Shown here: positions 18,170 through 28,079 of the stretch, piece after piece | How positions within the stretch are numbered: position 1 is the stretch's first letter | Layout: every line of letters begins with the position of its first letter | DNA from: Candidatus Omnitrophota bacterium | GTDB lineage: Bacteria; Omnitrophota; Omnitrophia; Omnitrophales; Omnitrophaceae | DNA length: 64,000 bases | NCBI GenBank assembly: GCA_029561555.1 | Contig: JAKQXH010000055.1 | Span: forward strand, 20,263-84,262 | Direction: 5' to 3' | Program-made: the position numbers and the translations under genes | The notes under the pieces: model-generated | The model's database searches: none | What the model was told of the DNA's origin: nothing | The model's input: the letters and a program-made list of their open reading frames with translations, nothing else

Positions 18170-18986
18170 CGTCGATGTCCTCCCCGCCTTTCATTTCAAC
18201 GGCCAAATCCCTCGCCGCCACGATCCCGCGCTTCGAAGCGCGGATAAATCCCAAAAGATGCTTTACTTCCTCCGAATGCAGTTCTTTTTCGATTTGTTCG
18301 CAGGCATGCCCCACGGAAAGTCCTTCCCGGTAAAGAAGCCTGAACGCCTTCTTGAGCTCGCTTCGGGACGCGGGAGAAATCCCCGCGCGGCGAAGCCCGA
18401 CGGAATTCAGTCCCTGCGCGCGGGCCGGTCTTCCGCCGCACATTGTGAACGGAGGGATATCTTTATTGGCGGCGGAAAGCGCGCTCACAATCGCAAGGCG
18501 GCCGACTCGCGTAAACTGATGAAACCCGACCATCCCGGAGATAAACGCCTGATCTTCCACAACGCAATAGCCGGTCAGAGACGCAAGATTGACCATGATG
18601 ATGCGGTTCCCGAGCTGGCAGTTGTGCGCAACATGCGCGTTCGCCATGAGATAATTGTTGTTCCCGATAACGGTCGCGGAGCCTTCCTTGGTCCCGCGAT
18701 GAATCGTCACATACTCGCGGAAAACATTCTGATTCCCGATGCGGGTAAATGTTTTCGCGTTTTTATCAAACGCAAGGTCTTGGGGAACATGCCCGATCAC
18801 GGCGCCCATATGAATTTCATTTTCATTGCCCATCTGCGTGCCGGAAGCCACGTAAGCGTTAGGATAAAAAACATTTCCGTTCCCGATTTCAACCCCGTCC
18901 TCCATCACGACATTCGGGCCGATCCGGTTCCCGGCCCCTAATTTCACGTTTTTCCCGACAACCGCCGAGGAATGAATTTCATTCAT
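18150..18986 (-). CDS. lpxA: Acyl-ACP--UDP-N-acetylglucosamine O-acyltransferase
   Basis: Left-handed beta-helix hexapeptide repeats from MNEIHSSAVVGKNVKLGAGNRIGPNVV, then the LpxA C-terminal helical domain (GLNSVGLRRAGISPASRSELKKAFRLLY). The start is trimmed to ATG 18986. The ORF-track start at 19103 would overlap ispH. Confidence 0.85.
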   Translation of the reverse strand: MNEIHSSAVVGKNVKLGAGNRIGPNVVMEDGVEIGNGNVFYPNAYVASGTQMGNENEIHMGAVIGHVPQDLAFDKNAKTFTRIGNQNVFREYVTIHRGTKEGSATVIGNNNYLMANAHVAHNCQLGNRIIMVNLASLTGYCVVEDQAFISGMVGFHQFTRVGRLAIVSALSAANKDIPPFTMCGGRPARAQGLNSVGLRRAGISPASRSELKKAFRLLYREGLSVGHACEQIEKELHSEEVKHLLGFIRASKRGIVAARDLAVEMKGGEDIDDADDGA

Positions 18987-18991
18987 GGTCT

Positions 18992-20179
18992 TCACGCTCC
19001 GTTCGCTATTTGACTGATTTTTAAAATAACTTCTTCGATTAACCGGTCGGGAGTCGACGCCCCCGCCGTGATACCGACCGTTATTTTCCCTTCGGAAAGC
19101 CAACCCCGTTCCAAAACAGGCGTTTGAGCACCAAGCGGTTTGTGTTCAATCTCCTCCCCCGACCGGAAACAGCCGGCATCTTTTACGTGATAGGCTTTCA
19201 CGCCTTCGGTCAGGCAAATCTCAAGGAGATGCGTCGTGTTGCTCGAATTATATCCTCCGATCACGACGGCAAAATCCGGCCGGGCCTCCGAAAGCAATTT
19301 TTGGACCGCATCCTGCCGGTCCTGGGTCGAGCTGCAAATCGTGTCAAAATGCCGGAAGTGCTTCGCAAGTTCGGCCTCCCCGTATTTTGCAATCATAACA
19401 TTCCGGATGCTATTTGCAATCTCAATCGATTCGCGGCTGAGCATCGTTGTCTGATTGGCGCATCCCACGCGCAGCAGGTCGCGGTCCGGATCAAACCCCT
19501 CCGAACTCCGGTCGCGAAACATCCCGAAAAAGTCCTCGCGCGGACCTCCCCGGAGAATGTATCCGCATAAACACTCCGCCTCTTTTTTGTCCCAGACCAC
19601 AACATAGCGCCCTGCCCGTGAACAAGTCGCGCGGGTTTCTTCATGATCGTACTTCCCGTGAATCACCGCGGTAAAACCGTCCCGCGCGTATTGCTCCACC
19701 CGTTTCCAGACGGCAATGACCGATCCGCAGGTCGTGTCAACCAGAAGGCATCCCTTTTCGTTCAAATGTTTCAACTCCTCCAACGTCATCCCGAAAGCCG
19801 GGATCAGGACGGCGTCATCTTTCCGGATATCCTCGATGCCGGTTTCCCCTTGGTATGGCCCCTTCAGAAAACGAATACCCATTTCAATCAATTTCCGGTT
19901 CACGGTCGGATTGTGAATAATTTCATTCGTGATGAAAATCCTCTTTTCCGGAAATTTCGCGCGGGTCTCATACGCCAAATCAACGGCACGATCCACTCCC
20001 GGGCAGAAACCGAATTCTTTCGCGAGACGGAAACGGACCCGGCCGATTTCCCATTCGTAGCGGTTTGTTTTGATCTTTTCGACTAATTCGCTGCGATAGG
20101 TCTGCGCAAGAACCGGTGTGATTTCCTGTTTCATGCCAAACCCGTGGCGTTCGGATTTAGAATTTTCGGATTTTTCCAT
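18992..20179 (-). CDS. ispH: 4-hydroxy-3-methylbut-2-enyl diphosphate reductase, long (N-terminally extended) form
   Basis: RLAKEFGFCPGVDRAV, TNEIIHNP, DTTCGSV and GGYNSSNT motifs. The N-terminal extension YRSELVEKIKTNRYEW resembles the long-type IspH. Confidence 0.85.
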   Translation of the reverse strand: MEKSENSKSERHGFGMKQEITPVLAQTYRSELVEKIKTNRYEWEIGRVRFRLAKEFGFCPGVDRAVDLAYETRAKFPEKRIFITNEIIHNPTVNRKLIEMGIRFLKGPYQGETGIEDIRKDDAVLIPAFGMTLEELKHLNEKGCLLVDTTCGSVIAVWKRVEQYARDGFTAVIHGKYDHEETRATCSRAGRYVVVWDKKEAECLCGYILRGGPREDFFGMFRDRSSEGFDPDRDLLRVGCANQTTMLSRESIEIANSIRNVMIAKYGEAELAKHFRHFDTICSSTQDRQDAVQKLLSEARPDFAVVIGGYNSSNTTHLLEICLTEGVKAYHVKDAGCFRSGEEIEHKPLGAQTPVLERGWLSEGKITVGITAGASTPDRLIEEVILKISQIANGA

Positions 20180-20314
20180 AAGTCATGACCTGGTCGATAT
20201 CTTCGGATGTTTGGGCAGTCAGTATAGGGCATCCCCTTTGAAATGTCCAATTCAAGAACCCGGCGGTTGGCGATCAATCGGCAGCGGCGAAAAAGCATTC
20301 AACGAAAGAAAAAC

Positions 20315-21019
20315 TTACTCAGGGCAACCATTTTCCAGATAATTCAAAATCTCCGTAAGCGAGTGAATGGTCTTGATCTTCGGCAAAACCCGGCGGGTCC
20401 GGTTGATTAAAATCGCGTCGATATTCGCCGCACAGGCCCCCGCCCAATCGTCATCCACACTATCGCCGACGTGAACCGCTTCGGAAGGATGAACGTTCGC
20501 GAGTGACAAGGCTTTCTCAAAAATCCCGCGGTCCGGTTTTGCCGAGCCCACTACCGCCGAGGCAAGAATAAAATCGAAATACCGTTCCAGTCCCATTGCC
20601 CGGCAAAGGCTATGCAGGCGCGAATCCCAGTTGGAAACAATCCCGAGGACAATTCCGCGGGCCCTGAGACCCTCCAGCACCTCAGGCACTTCCGGATACA
20701 GGCGCCAGGGGTCCGGCCTTCCGAATAAATCGTAAAGCTCATCGAAATATTCGTCGAACCGGGTCAAGACCGTCACTTTCTCAAATGCCGCCCGAACGAG
20801 GCTCTTCCACCATTCTTTTTCCTTCTTCTCGTTTGAATGAGCGTTCAGGGAAGCCAGGCCGTCCCGGCTCGAGAACTCCTCCTGAAACCGCTTCTCGACC
20901 AACCCGGCGTCCGCGTGCATTCCGTATTTCCGGGCGACGGAAGTGTAAATCTCCCCGACCGAAGGGTAGGGCGCAAGGAGCGTTCCCCCCGCATCGAAAA
21001 AAACCGCTTTCTTTTTCAT
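20315..21019 (-). CDS. HAD-superfamily hydrolase (IA, REG-2-like)
   Basis: VFFDAGGTLL, IVSNWD, HVGDSVDDDWAGA. The start is trimmed to ATG 21019 (MKKKAVFFD). Confidence 0.75.
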   Translation of the reverse strand: MKKKAVFFDAGGTLLAPYPSVGEIYTSVARKYGMHADAGLVEKRFQEEFSSRDGLASLNAHSNEKKEKEWWKSLVRAAFEKVTVLTRFDEYFDELYDLFGRPDPWRLYPEVPEVLEGLRARGIVLGIVSNWDSRLHSLCRAMGLERYFDFILASAVVGSAKPDRGIFEKALSLANVHPSEAVHVGDSVDDDWAGACAANIDAILINRTRRVLPKIKTIHSLTEILNYLENGCPE

Positions 21020-21084
21020 GGCACGGAAATTATACCACGCGCGCCCCAAAAAACCGGCCCCTCTGTGCTATAATTCCCCCCGCT

Positions 21085-21795
21085 ATGCGCCGGGAAAAAA
21101 ACAGTGAAACAAAAATGCTTCTCTTTGACATTGACCTGACCCTGCTCTACACGGGCGGAGTCGGGCGCTTCGCCTTCAACAACGCCTTCAAAAAAGTCTT
21201 CGGCATCGACGAAGTCTGGGGAAACACGAATCCCCAGGGGAAAACCGACCGCCTGATCTTCGATGAAATCGCCCTCCGGGTCTTGAACCGTAAGTTAAGG
21301 GAAAAAGAATACCGGAACCTGCTTGAAATATACGTACGCGATTTCAAGCGTATGATTAAAATCAAAACCCTCGGCGATTTTCGTCTCATGCCGGGGATCC
21401 CCAAGCTCCTCCAAACCCTCGTAAAATCAGATCGTTTCATCCTGGGCCTTGCCACGGGAAACGTGGAAGAAGTCGCCTGGGCAAAACTCGGTCGCGAAAA
21501 TCTTGCGCGTTATTTCCGGTTCGGGGGATTCGGATCTGATTCAGGCGAAAGGCCCAAAATTGTTAAGACCGCCATCCGGCGCGGACGGAAGCTCCTTCGT
21601 AAGCGTATTCCCCCGGAACGTATTTTCATGGTGGGTGACGCTTTTCAGGATATCGACGCCGCACGGAAGACCGGAATCCGTTCAATCGCCGTTGCTACGG
21701 GAAAACTCGATCTGAATCAGCTGAAAGAATTCAACCCGGATTTTATCCTCCCCGACCTTTCCGACTCTGAGCGTTTCCTGAGCATTGTCCGCTAA
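21085..21795 (+). CDS. HAD-superfamily hydrolase
   Basis: MLLFDIDLTLLYTGG, LATGN, MVGDAFQDIDAARKTG. The ORF-track N-terminal extension from 20785 is Arg/Pro-rich antisense of the neighbouring gene, so the start is more likely ATG 21085 or 21115. Confidence 0.7.
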   Translation: MRREKNSETKMLLFDIDLTLLYTGGVGRFAFNNAFKKVFGIDEVWGNTNPQGKTDRLIFDEIALRVLNRKLREKEYRNLLEIYVRDFKRMIKIKTLGDFRLMPGIPKLLQTLVKSDRFILGLATGNVEEVAWAKLGRENLARYFRFGGFGSDSGERPKIVKTAIRRGRKLLRKRIPPERIFMVGDAFQDIDAARKTGIRSIAVATGKLDLNQLKEFNPDFILPDLSDSERFLSIVR

Positions 21796-21834
21796 CTCCT
21801 GCTCCGCCCCCGTTGCAAAGACGATTCCGAAGGC

Positions 21835-21864
21835 TTGCGCAGAAAAACCCGGATTTAATATAAT
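21835..21864 (+). promoter_or_regulatory. Sigma70-type promoter for htpX (TTGCGC-N18-TATAAT)
   Basis: TTGCGC at 21835-21840 and TATAAT at 21859-21864. An AAGGAGGG ribosome-binding site sits at 21892-21899, before the ATG at 21907. Confidence 0.45.
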
Positions 21865-21906
21865 CCCCCGGACTGAAATGATCCGTCTATCAAGGAGGGA
21901 ACAATC

Positions 21907-22758
21907 ATGAATACGTTAAAAACTTTTGCTTTTTTGGCGGCCTTAACGCTTCTATTCGTCTGGATCGGCGGATTGCTCGGCGGGCAAAACGGCATGACCG
22001 TCGCGTTTTTGTTTGCCTGCGCCGTGAATTTCGGAAGCTATTGGTTCAGCGATAAAATCGTGCTTGCGATGTATCGCGCGCAACCGGTCAGTTCCGCGGA
22101 TGCGCCGGAATTGTATTCGATCGTCAGCCGCCTGACCCAAAAAGCAGGCCTCCCCACGCCTAAAATTTATCTGATTCCGAGCGAAGCGCCGAACGCATTC
22201 GCAACGGGACGGAATCCGGAAAACGCGGCCGTTGCCGTCACCCGGGGGATTCTGGAAATTCTGGACGAAAACGAATTAGCCGGGGTTCTCGCGCATGAAC
22301 TGGCTCATGTCAAACACCGGGACATTTTAATCGCAACGGTTGCCGCAACCGTTGCGGGAGCCATTTCCATGCTGGCCGACATGGCACGCTGGGCGCTCCT
22401 GTTCGGAGGCGGGCGGAGCAATCGCGGCAAGGAAGGCGGCGCGAACCCACTTGCGACTTTACTGGCCCTGTTTCTCGTCCCGATCGCCGCGTTTCTGATT
22501 CAACTGGCCATTTCCCGTTCCCGGGAATTCGCGGCGGATGAAGGCGGGGCTCAAATCGAAGGGAATCCGGAAGATCTCGCGAGCGCGCTTGAAAAACTGG
22601 AACGTTACAAAACGCGGAAACTGCCCAATGCGACGCCGGCAACGGCGCATCTTTTTATCGTGAATCCATTGCCGGGAGATTTCTTCGCGAAACTTTTCAG
22701 CACCCATCCGCCGACACGGGAAAGAATCGAGCGGCTTCTTGCCATGCGCCGGAAATAA
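21907..22758 (+). CDS. htpX: Membrane zinc metalloprotease HtpX
   Basis: N-terminal TM helices, the [10 protein letters not shown] zincin motif and C-terminal [10 protein letters not shown]. Confidence 0.9.
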   Translation: MNTLKTFAFLAALTLLFVWIGGLLGGQNGMTVAFLFACAVNFGSYWFSDKIVLAMYRAQPVSSADAPELYSIVSRLTQKAGLPTPKIYLIPSEAPNAFATGRNPENAAVAVTRGILEILDENELAGVLAHELAHVKHRDILIATVAATVAGAISMLADMARWALLFGGGRSNRGKEGGANPLATLLALFLVPIAAFLIQLAISRSREFAADEGGAQIEGNPEDLASALEKLERYKTRKLPNATPATAHLFIVNPLPGDFFAKLFSTHPPTRERIERLLAMRRK

Positions 22759-22790
22759 GACGGGATAAAACCGGATTCCGGAAGGAGCTT

Positions 22791-23651
22791 TCAGGCCTGG
22801 GGGGAAACAACAATCGAACGGGCGATCTTACTTTCCTCGTCGCCCGATTCAAAGAAAACCGTCACGGGTTTTCCCTTTTCAAGCTGGGAAATTTCAAGGA
22901 ACCGATTGATGACCTGAAGCTGAGGAACCAATTGGACCGTGACTTTTTCGCCTGCCGCGTTTTCGATCACAAGACTTCCTCCGTCCTTTTCGGAGTTTAC
23001 CGACACCACCTTTCCTGAGACAAAACCGGGACCTGCCTCTTCCTCTCCTCCGGCCGGAGACAAAGGATTCTCCGGGGAAAGAATATCCGCGGGTCTCTTA
23101 TCTTTGCCGTCTTTAGCCTGAGCGGCCTCTTCGGCCCCAAACCCGCTGGCTTCGTCTTTCTTTCCGGTTGCGCCGTCAGCGCCCGCGGGACCGGGCCCCG
23201 CTTGAGGCATCGCGCCTTCCGCTCCGGGAAGAGGCGGGACCGGAGGCATCTCCGGCGCCTGGGGGATCTCGGGAGCTTCGGGAGCCTCCATGGAAGGGGC
23301 AGAAGGAAAAAATCTTTCCTGAGCCGCCTGTTTTTCAATCTGCTCTTTCGTACCGACCGTGGCCGACAAAGCCGTTAGGCTTCCGCCTTGGTCTTCAAAA
23401 ATCACGCCGGCGTATTCATCTTTCCGGATATCATTCGGATGGATCTGCCGCGTAATCTGCGTCTCGGGCAAAATCTGAAAAGCATTCGGATTATTTCCCT
23501 GATCCAGCACCACAATCTCGGTCCCCGTTCCGGAAGAACGAATTTCCTGAAGCATTCCGTTCAATTCTTTGTCCCCGCCGCCCTGCGCAAAAATCACGCC
23601 CGGCACCGCAAACAAGACCAGGAAGGCAACCGTTCCTTTCCCCGGGCGCAT
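22791..23651 (-). CDS. Secreted protein with an Ala/Pro/Gly/Glu-rich low-complexity core; function unknown
   Basis: Signal peptide MRPGKGTVAFLVLFAVPGVIFAQG. The centre contains APEAPEIPQAPEMPPVPPLPGAEG repeats. Confidence 0.55.
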   Translation of the reverse strand: MRPGKGTVAFLVLFAVPGVIFAQGGGDKELNGMLQEIRSSGTGTEIVVLDQGNNPNAFQILPETQITRQIHPNDIRKDEYAGVIFEDQGGSLTALSATVGTKEQIEKQAAQERFFPSAPSMEAPEAPEIPQAPEMPPVPPLPGAEGAMPQAGPGPAGADGATGKKDEASGFGAEEAAQAKDGKDKRPADILSPENPLSPAGGEEEAGPGFVSGKVVSVNSEKDGGSLVIENAAGEKVTVQLVPQLQVINRFLEISQLEKGKPVTVFFESGDEESKIARSIVVSPQA

Positions 23652-23652
23652 T

Positions 23653-24681
23653 TTATAAATCCCCTTCCTTTTTCCCGGCTTCGGACGGCGAGCCGAGCTG
23701 ACGGATTTTCACGCCGGCCTCCTGAAGCAATTTGAGCGGGACCGCATCCAGCGTGTATTCGGTCGAATAAATCACTTCCCGGATCCCGCTGTTGATGATC
23801 ATTTTGGTGCAGATCAGACAGGGAGAAAAGGTGGTGTAAAGCGTGGAATCCTTGATGCTGACGCCGTGATAGGCCGCCTGAGTAATCGAATTTTCCTCGG
23901 CGTGGGAGCACAGGCATTCCCCGAGATTGGCTCCCTGAACGTCAAAACTGTTGCATCTCGGACACCCCCCCTCATTGCAGTTTTTGACCCCTCTCGGCGT
24001 CCCGTTGTAACCGGTAGAAATAATCCGCTTGTCTTTGACGATCACGGCGGCGACTTTCCGTTTCACGCAATTGCTGCGGAGCGCGACCATACGCGCGATG
24101 CCCATGAAGTATTCGTCCCAGTTCGGACGGGCAAATTGCGAGACCGCGCGGACCAAAACCTCTTTCACTTTTTCATGCAGTTCGGCCAGAGGGCCGTTGT
24201 TCTCGATCCGCACGTCGGCCAGGGCCTCGGTTTTCGTCAATTGCTGTCCCGTATTCGAATCGGCCTCTTCGACGCTTTCCTTCTTGAGGAAATCTTCGAA
24301 AGTCTGAGGGTCGTTTTCCCGCCCGCGCATCCGGACGCGTTCAAACCGCCGCCTCGCTTCGGCACATACCGCAAGCAGGACGAAATTGCCCCGCCGTTTG
24401 AAGGCCGCCACTTCGAGAGGGTTCCGGAAGGAATCGATCGCGTAGTTTTTGTCGGGATCGAGCCGGGCGAGGATCCGTTCCGCCAGGATCGAAGGACCGT
24501 AAGTCGAACGCAATTCGTTCCCCGCGCGGATCAGATTGTCGCGGGTAATTTCCTCTTTCCGGGATTTCAGCTCTTCCCGGATCTCATCCGAAAGGGAAAA
24601 ATAAAAGAAGCCTCTCCCCTTCAGGAATTTGGCGACTTCCCCTTTGCCGGAACCGTTTTTCCCCGTCAAGCCGATAATCAT
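23653..24681 (-). CDS. Fusion of a P-loop nucleotide-kinase-like domain and dCMP deaminase
   Basis: N-terminal MIIGLTGKNGSGKGEV (Walker A). The C-terminal domain has CSHAEENSI and SPCLICTKMIINSGI, the cytidine/dCMP deaminase zinc motifs. Confidence 0.75.
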   Translation of the reverse strand: MIIGLTGKNGSGKGEVAKFLKGRGFFYFSLSDEIREELKSRKEEITRDNLIRAGNELRSTYGPSILAERILARLDPDKNYAIDSFRNPLEVAAFKRRGNFVLLAVCAEARRRFERVRMRGRENDPQTFEDFLKKESVEEADSNTGQQLTKTEALADVRIENNGPLAELHEKVKEVLVRAVSQFARPNWDEYFMGIARMVALRSNCVKRKVAAVIVKDKRIISTGYNGTPRGVKNCNEGGCPRCNSFDVQGANLGECLCSHAEENSITQAAYHGVSIKDSTLYTTFSPCLICTKMIINSGIREVIYSTEYTLDAVPLKLLQEAGVKIRQLGSPSEAGKKEGDL

Positions 24682-24765
24682 CCTCGAAATCCCCCTTATT
24701 GAAAAACGGGCTCAAGTATACGTGAGCCCCAAAACCGTTTCAAGAAAATACGCGCACGCCCCTTC

Positions 24766-25107
24766 TCAATCGTACGCCGAGCTGAGATCGTCAATGCTGA
24801 CCGCTTCAAAAGTTCCGTCGTCATTTTTCCGATAGGTCACCGCGAGAGGATCGTCGATCTCGATGTCGTTCAATTCGATGGGTTCCACGCCCCGCGTGAT
24901 TTTGGTGTCCCCCGTCACCGAAAAAGTTATTTCGTTTCCAAAATCGAACGAAGTCACATTCTGCAGCACCAGGGTCGATCCCACATAATCCACCTGCTTC
25001 GCGGTCCCGGAGACTTTTTTAACCGGATCCCCGGCCCGGCAAACCCCCGGAACGGCACCGGTCAATGCCAGGATTAAAAGGAATGTTCCCATTCTTTTTT
25101 TCAGCAT
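24766..25107 (-). CDS. Small secreted protein; function unknown
   Basis: ATG 25107 is preceded by GGAGG. Signal peptide MLKKRMGTFLLILALTGAVPGVCRA. Confidence 0.5.
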   Translation of the reverse strand: MLKKRMGTFLLILALTGAVPGVCRAGDPVKKVSGTAKQVDYVGSTLVLQNVTSFDFGNEITFSVTGDTKITRGVEPIELNDIEIDDPLAVTYRKNDDGTFEAVSIDDLSSAYD

Positions 25108-25205
25108 ATTCCCCTCCACAATCAAGTTTTGATTTCAAGAGTGCCTAACAAAACCTAGGTCGTTATGAAAACTCATAGCCCGATGGGGGCGTGCTCTAAA
25201 TACGT

Positions 25206-25742
25206 CTAAGGCCGGTCAAAAAAAGGATTTTTAGATGTCGCGCTCAGCGGGATACCGTAGGCAATCTTGACTTCATTCCCCAGGAGCCCCATTTCCAAAA
25301 CCGCCTGGCCGACCGTATACATGATCCGGCAATCCACCCGGTGATCCGCCGCAATGCTGACCGCGGATCCCATGGCAATTCCCAAGTCCCCCACGTTTAA
25401 AACGCAGGGAATGTCCGGATGCTCATTTTTCACCTCACAGGTTTCAAATCCGCACATCCCGCACTTCTTAAGCCCGAGCGCTTTGAGTCGGGTCCCCAGG
25501 AGAAGTAAAACCGGCGCGAGCAAAATGCTATCGGAATCCCTTAAAAAAATCGGGGAGTCCCATCGCGCTCCGATTTCTTTCATCTTCAGGGAAATCGCCC
25601 GGATATCGTCCTCCTCGGCAATCGCTAAAGCCAGATAATCTTCGCCCCGGCCCTTGGGGGCCGTTCGGGCGGCCGTCAGCATTTGCTCGGCAACGCGCCG
25701 CAAGGTCGCCTTTCTGATATTTCTTTCATCAATCAATGCCAC
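25206..25742 (-). CDS. DUF2148-type ferredoxin-domain protein
   Basis: 178 aa with CGMCGFETC and a nitroreductase-like N-terminal stretch (AARTAPKGRGED), typical of the DUF2148 / COG4739-like family. Confidence 0.55.
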   Translation of the reverse strand: MALIDERNIRKATLRRVAEQMLTAARTAPKGRGEDYLALAIAEEDDIRAISLKMKEIGARWDSPIFLRDSDSILLAPVLLLLGTRLKALGLKKCGMCGFETCEVKNEHPDIPCVLNVGDLGIAMGSAVSIAADHRVDCRIMYTVGQAVLEMGLLGNEVKIAYGIPLSATSKNPFFDRP

Positions 25743-26049
25743 AAAACCCCTCCCGCCTTCCCTTGTTCGGTTCAGGAAAAGCTTCTTTATTCTATCTCAA
25801 TATCCGCCTTCTGCAACTCCTAAGAGCCTCTAACAAAATGAATGTCTACTGCAAATTCATGTTCCTTCGAGCTTCTTCGTTGAGGCCGTCAAAAAGTGCT
25901 CAACGTATCAAGCCCGATACGTTTCCGCGCTTTTTGCCGCCTTCGCCTCGAATCCCTTTGGCTCATGAATTTTCGTTACGACCTTTATTTTGTCAGAGAC
26001 TCTAAGCCTATTTAGCGCTTTTGACGGATCTTTTTGTATAATAGAAATT

Positions 26050-27093
26050 ATGAGACCGGCCCTTGCTTCAAAAATGCTTCCATGGTTCCGGAAAAACAAA
26101 CGGGACCTGCCGTGGAGAAAAACGGCCGATCCCTATAAAATCTGGATTTCCGAAATCATGCTGCAGCAGACCCAGGTCAAAACCGCGACTCCTTATTATG
26201 AACGCTGGCTGCGTGAATTCCCGGATATCCGCGCGCTTGCCCGCGCCCCTCTCTCCGCCGTATTAAAGAAGTGGGAAGGCCTGGGATATTACACCCGCGC
26301 CAAAAACATCCATCAAGCCGCAAAAATAATCGCCGGAAATTACCGGGGGAAATTTCCGGATTCATTCGATCAAATCCATGCCCTGCCCGGAATCGGCCGT
26401 TACACGGCGGGGGCCATTGCCAGCATCGCCTTCGGGATCCCCGTTCCCGTGCTGGACGGAAACGTGATGAGAGTGCTGGCCCGCGTGTTCTCCGTCAGCG
26501 CACCGATCGATCTTCCGGCAACGCGAAAAAAACTTTGGGGGCTGGCCGAAGGAATCGTCCCCCAAAAACACCCGGGGGACTTCAACCAAAGCCTGATGGA
26601 ATTGGGCGCGACTCTCTGCACGCCCCGGAACCCGTCCTGCCCGTCCTGCCCTCTTTCGGGTTCATGCAAAGCGCGGCGAAACGGCATTGAAAATTCCCTG
26701 CCCCGGAAACGGAAATCCGCTCGAACCAAAAAAGTGGAAGCGGTGTGCGGTATCGTACGGTGCGAAGGGAAGATCCTTCTCGAGAAACGGGAAGAAGGCC
26801 TTTGGGCCGGGCTTTGGCAACTGCCGACTTTCCGCGTCGAAGCCGCGCATACTCCTTTGCGGGCATTGAAAAACGGTCTTGGAACGTTTGGGGTCGGAAT
26901 AACGCGCGAAAAACCAGAGGGTGTCCTGAAACGTTCCTATACGGTGCACCAGGAAAATCTGCATGTCTTCTCATGCCGGGGGCGTTTAAAGAGAAATCGC
27001 GGGCCGAATCTTGCGTGGGCCTCGAAAAAAGACTTTAAGAAATTTCCTTTTTCCTCGGCATACGCAAAAATATTAAAACGGTATCCGCTATGA
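26050..27093 (+). CDS. mutY: A/G-specific adenine DNA glycosylase
   Basis: DLPWRKTADPYKIWISEIMLQQTQV, the HhH-GPD motif LPGIGRYTAGAI, the Fe-S cluster CTPRNPSCPSCPLSGSC and a C-terminal NUDIX-like domain. The start is uncertain (ATG 26050 or TTG 25990). Confidence 0.85.
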   Translation: MRPALASKMLPWFRKNKRDLPWRKTADPYKIWISEIMLQQTQVKTATPYYERWLREFPDIRALARAPLSAVLKKWEGLGYYTRAKNIHQAAKIIAGNYRGKFPDSFDQIHALPGIGRYTAGAIASIAFGIPVPVLDGNVMRVLARVFSVSAPIDLPATRKKLWGLAEGIVPQKHPGDFNQSLMELGATLCTPRNPSCPSCPLSGSCKARRNGIENSLPRKRKSARTKKVEAVCGIVRCEGKILLEKREEGLWAGLWQLPTFRVEAAHTPLRALKNGLGTFGVGITREKPEGVLKRSYTVHQENLHVFSCRGRLKRNRGPNLAWASKKDFKKFPFSSAYAKILKRYPL

Positions 27094-28079
27094 ACCCGGG
27101 ATATTCTGCCGTCAGAAATGCCGTGGGATTGATCGACCTCACCTCACGGGGAAAAATCCGCATATCCGGCAAAGACCGGCTTTCCTTTCTTCACGGTATT
27201 CTGACTCAGGACATCAAAAATCTCAGGCCGGGAGAAGGCCGCTACGCCGCCCTGCTTGACGCGGAAGCGCATCTTGCCGCGGATTTCAATGTTTTCGCCT
27301 TTGATCACCATCTGTTGATCGACTGCCAGACCGTTCTGACCTCAAAAATTCTCCGGACATTTGAAAAATATCTCATCACGGAAGACGTCAAACCCGTTGA
27401 TTGCACGGCCGATTTTTCGTGGTTCGGTATCGAAGGACCGGATGCCCCCGAATTGTTGGCCCGCCTCACGGAAAAACATTTGGACTCCCTTGAGCCGCAT
27501 GCGCATGCATCCGGTTTGATTCAAGGCGTCCCGGCCGAAATTTTCCGGTTTTCATTCAGCGGCGGTCCGGGATTCTATCTCTTGTCCGAAAAAGCGGCCG
27601 GTCAAAATCTTTTTGATTTGATTCTTTCGAAAGGAAAACCCTTGGGGATCGCGCCTTTTGGCGAATCCGTTTTGCAAACTTTGCGCATCGAAGCCGGAAT
27701 CCCCTGGTATGGGATTGACTTTGATGAAGCAATCGTATTGCCGGAAATCGGATTGGACCGGGCCGTAAGCCGGACCAAAGGCTGTTATCTCGGGCAGGAG
27801 TCCGCCGCAAAAATCGAGCGCGCGGGCGGACCGGAGAAAAAATTAACCGGTTTTGTCATCGAGACACGGGATCTTCCGCCCCTCACCCGAAAAATATTCC
27901 GGCGGAACAAAGAAGCGGGTTATTTAACCAGCGCGGTTTTTTCGCCGTTCATGGGGGGAAATATTGCTTTGGGATATCTTCAAAAAAACGCTTGCCCCGG
28001 CGAAGAATTGGAACTCGAACCCTCCGGTTCCCGCGAATTCTTAAAAATTCATTCCCTGCCTTTTTTCCGGAGGACCTGA
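27090..28079 (+). CDS. Folate-binding GcvT-fold protein (YgfZ-like)
   Basis: GLIDLTSRGKIRISGKDRLSFLHGILTQDI and KGCYLGQE motifs. Confidence 0.7.
   Translation: MNPGYSAVRNAVGLIDLTSRGKIRISGKDRLSFLHGILTQDIKNLRPGEGRYAALLDAEAHLAADFNVFAFDHHLLIDCQTVLTSKILRTFEKYLITEDVKPVDCTADFSWFGIEGPDAPELLARLTEKHLDSLEPHAHASGLIQGVPAEIFRFSFSGGPGFYLLSEKAAGQNLFDLILSKGKPLGIAPFGESVLQTLRIEAGIPWYGIDFDEAIVLPEIGLDRAVSRTKGCYLGQESAAKIERAGGPEKKLTGFVIETRDLPPLTRKIFRRNKEAGYLTSAVFSPFMGGNIALGYLQKNACPGEELELEPSGSREFLKIHSLPFFRRT

Noticed and set aside
20785-21084. The 100-aa N-terminal extension of the HAD ORF 20785..21795
   Set aside because: The extension is Arg/Pro/Ser-rich and completely overlaps the well-supported opposite-strand HAD gene (20315..21019). 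The HAD motif I (MLLFDIDLTL) starts right after internal ATGs at 21085 and 21115.
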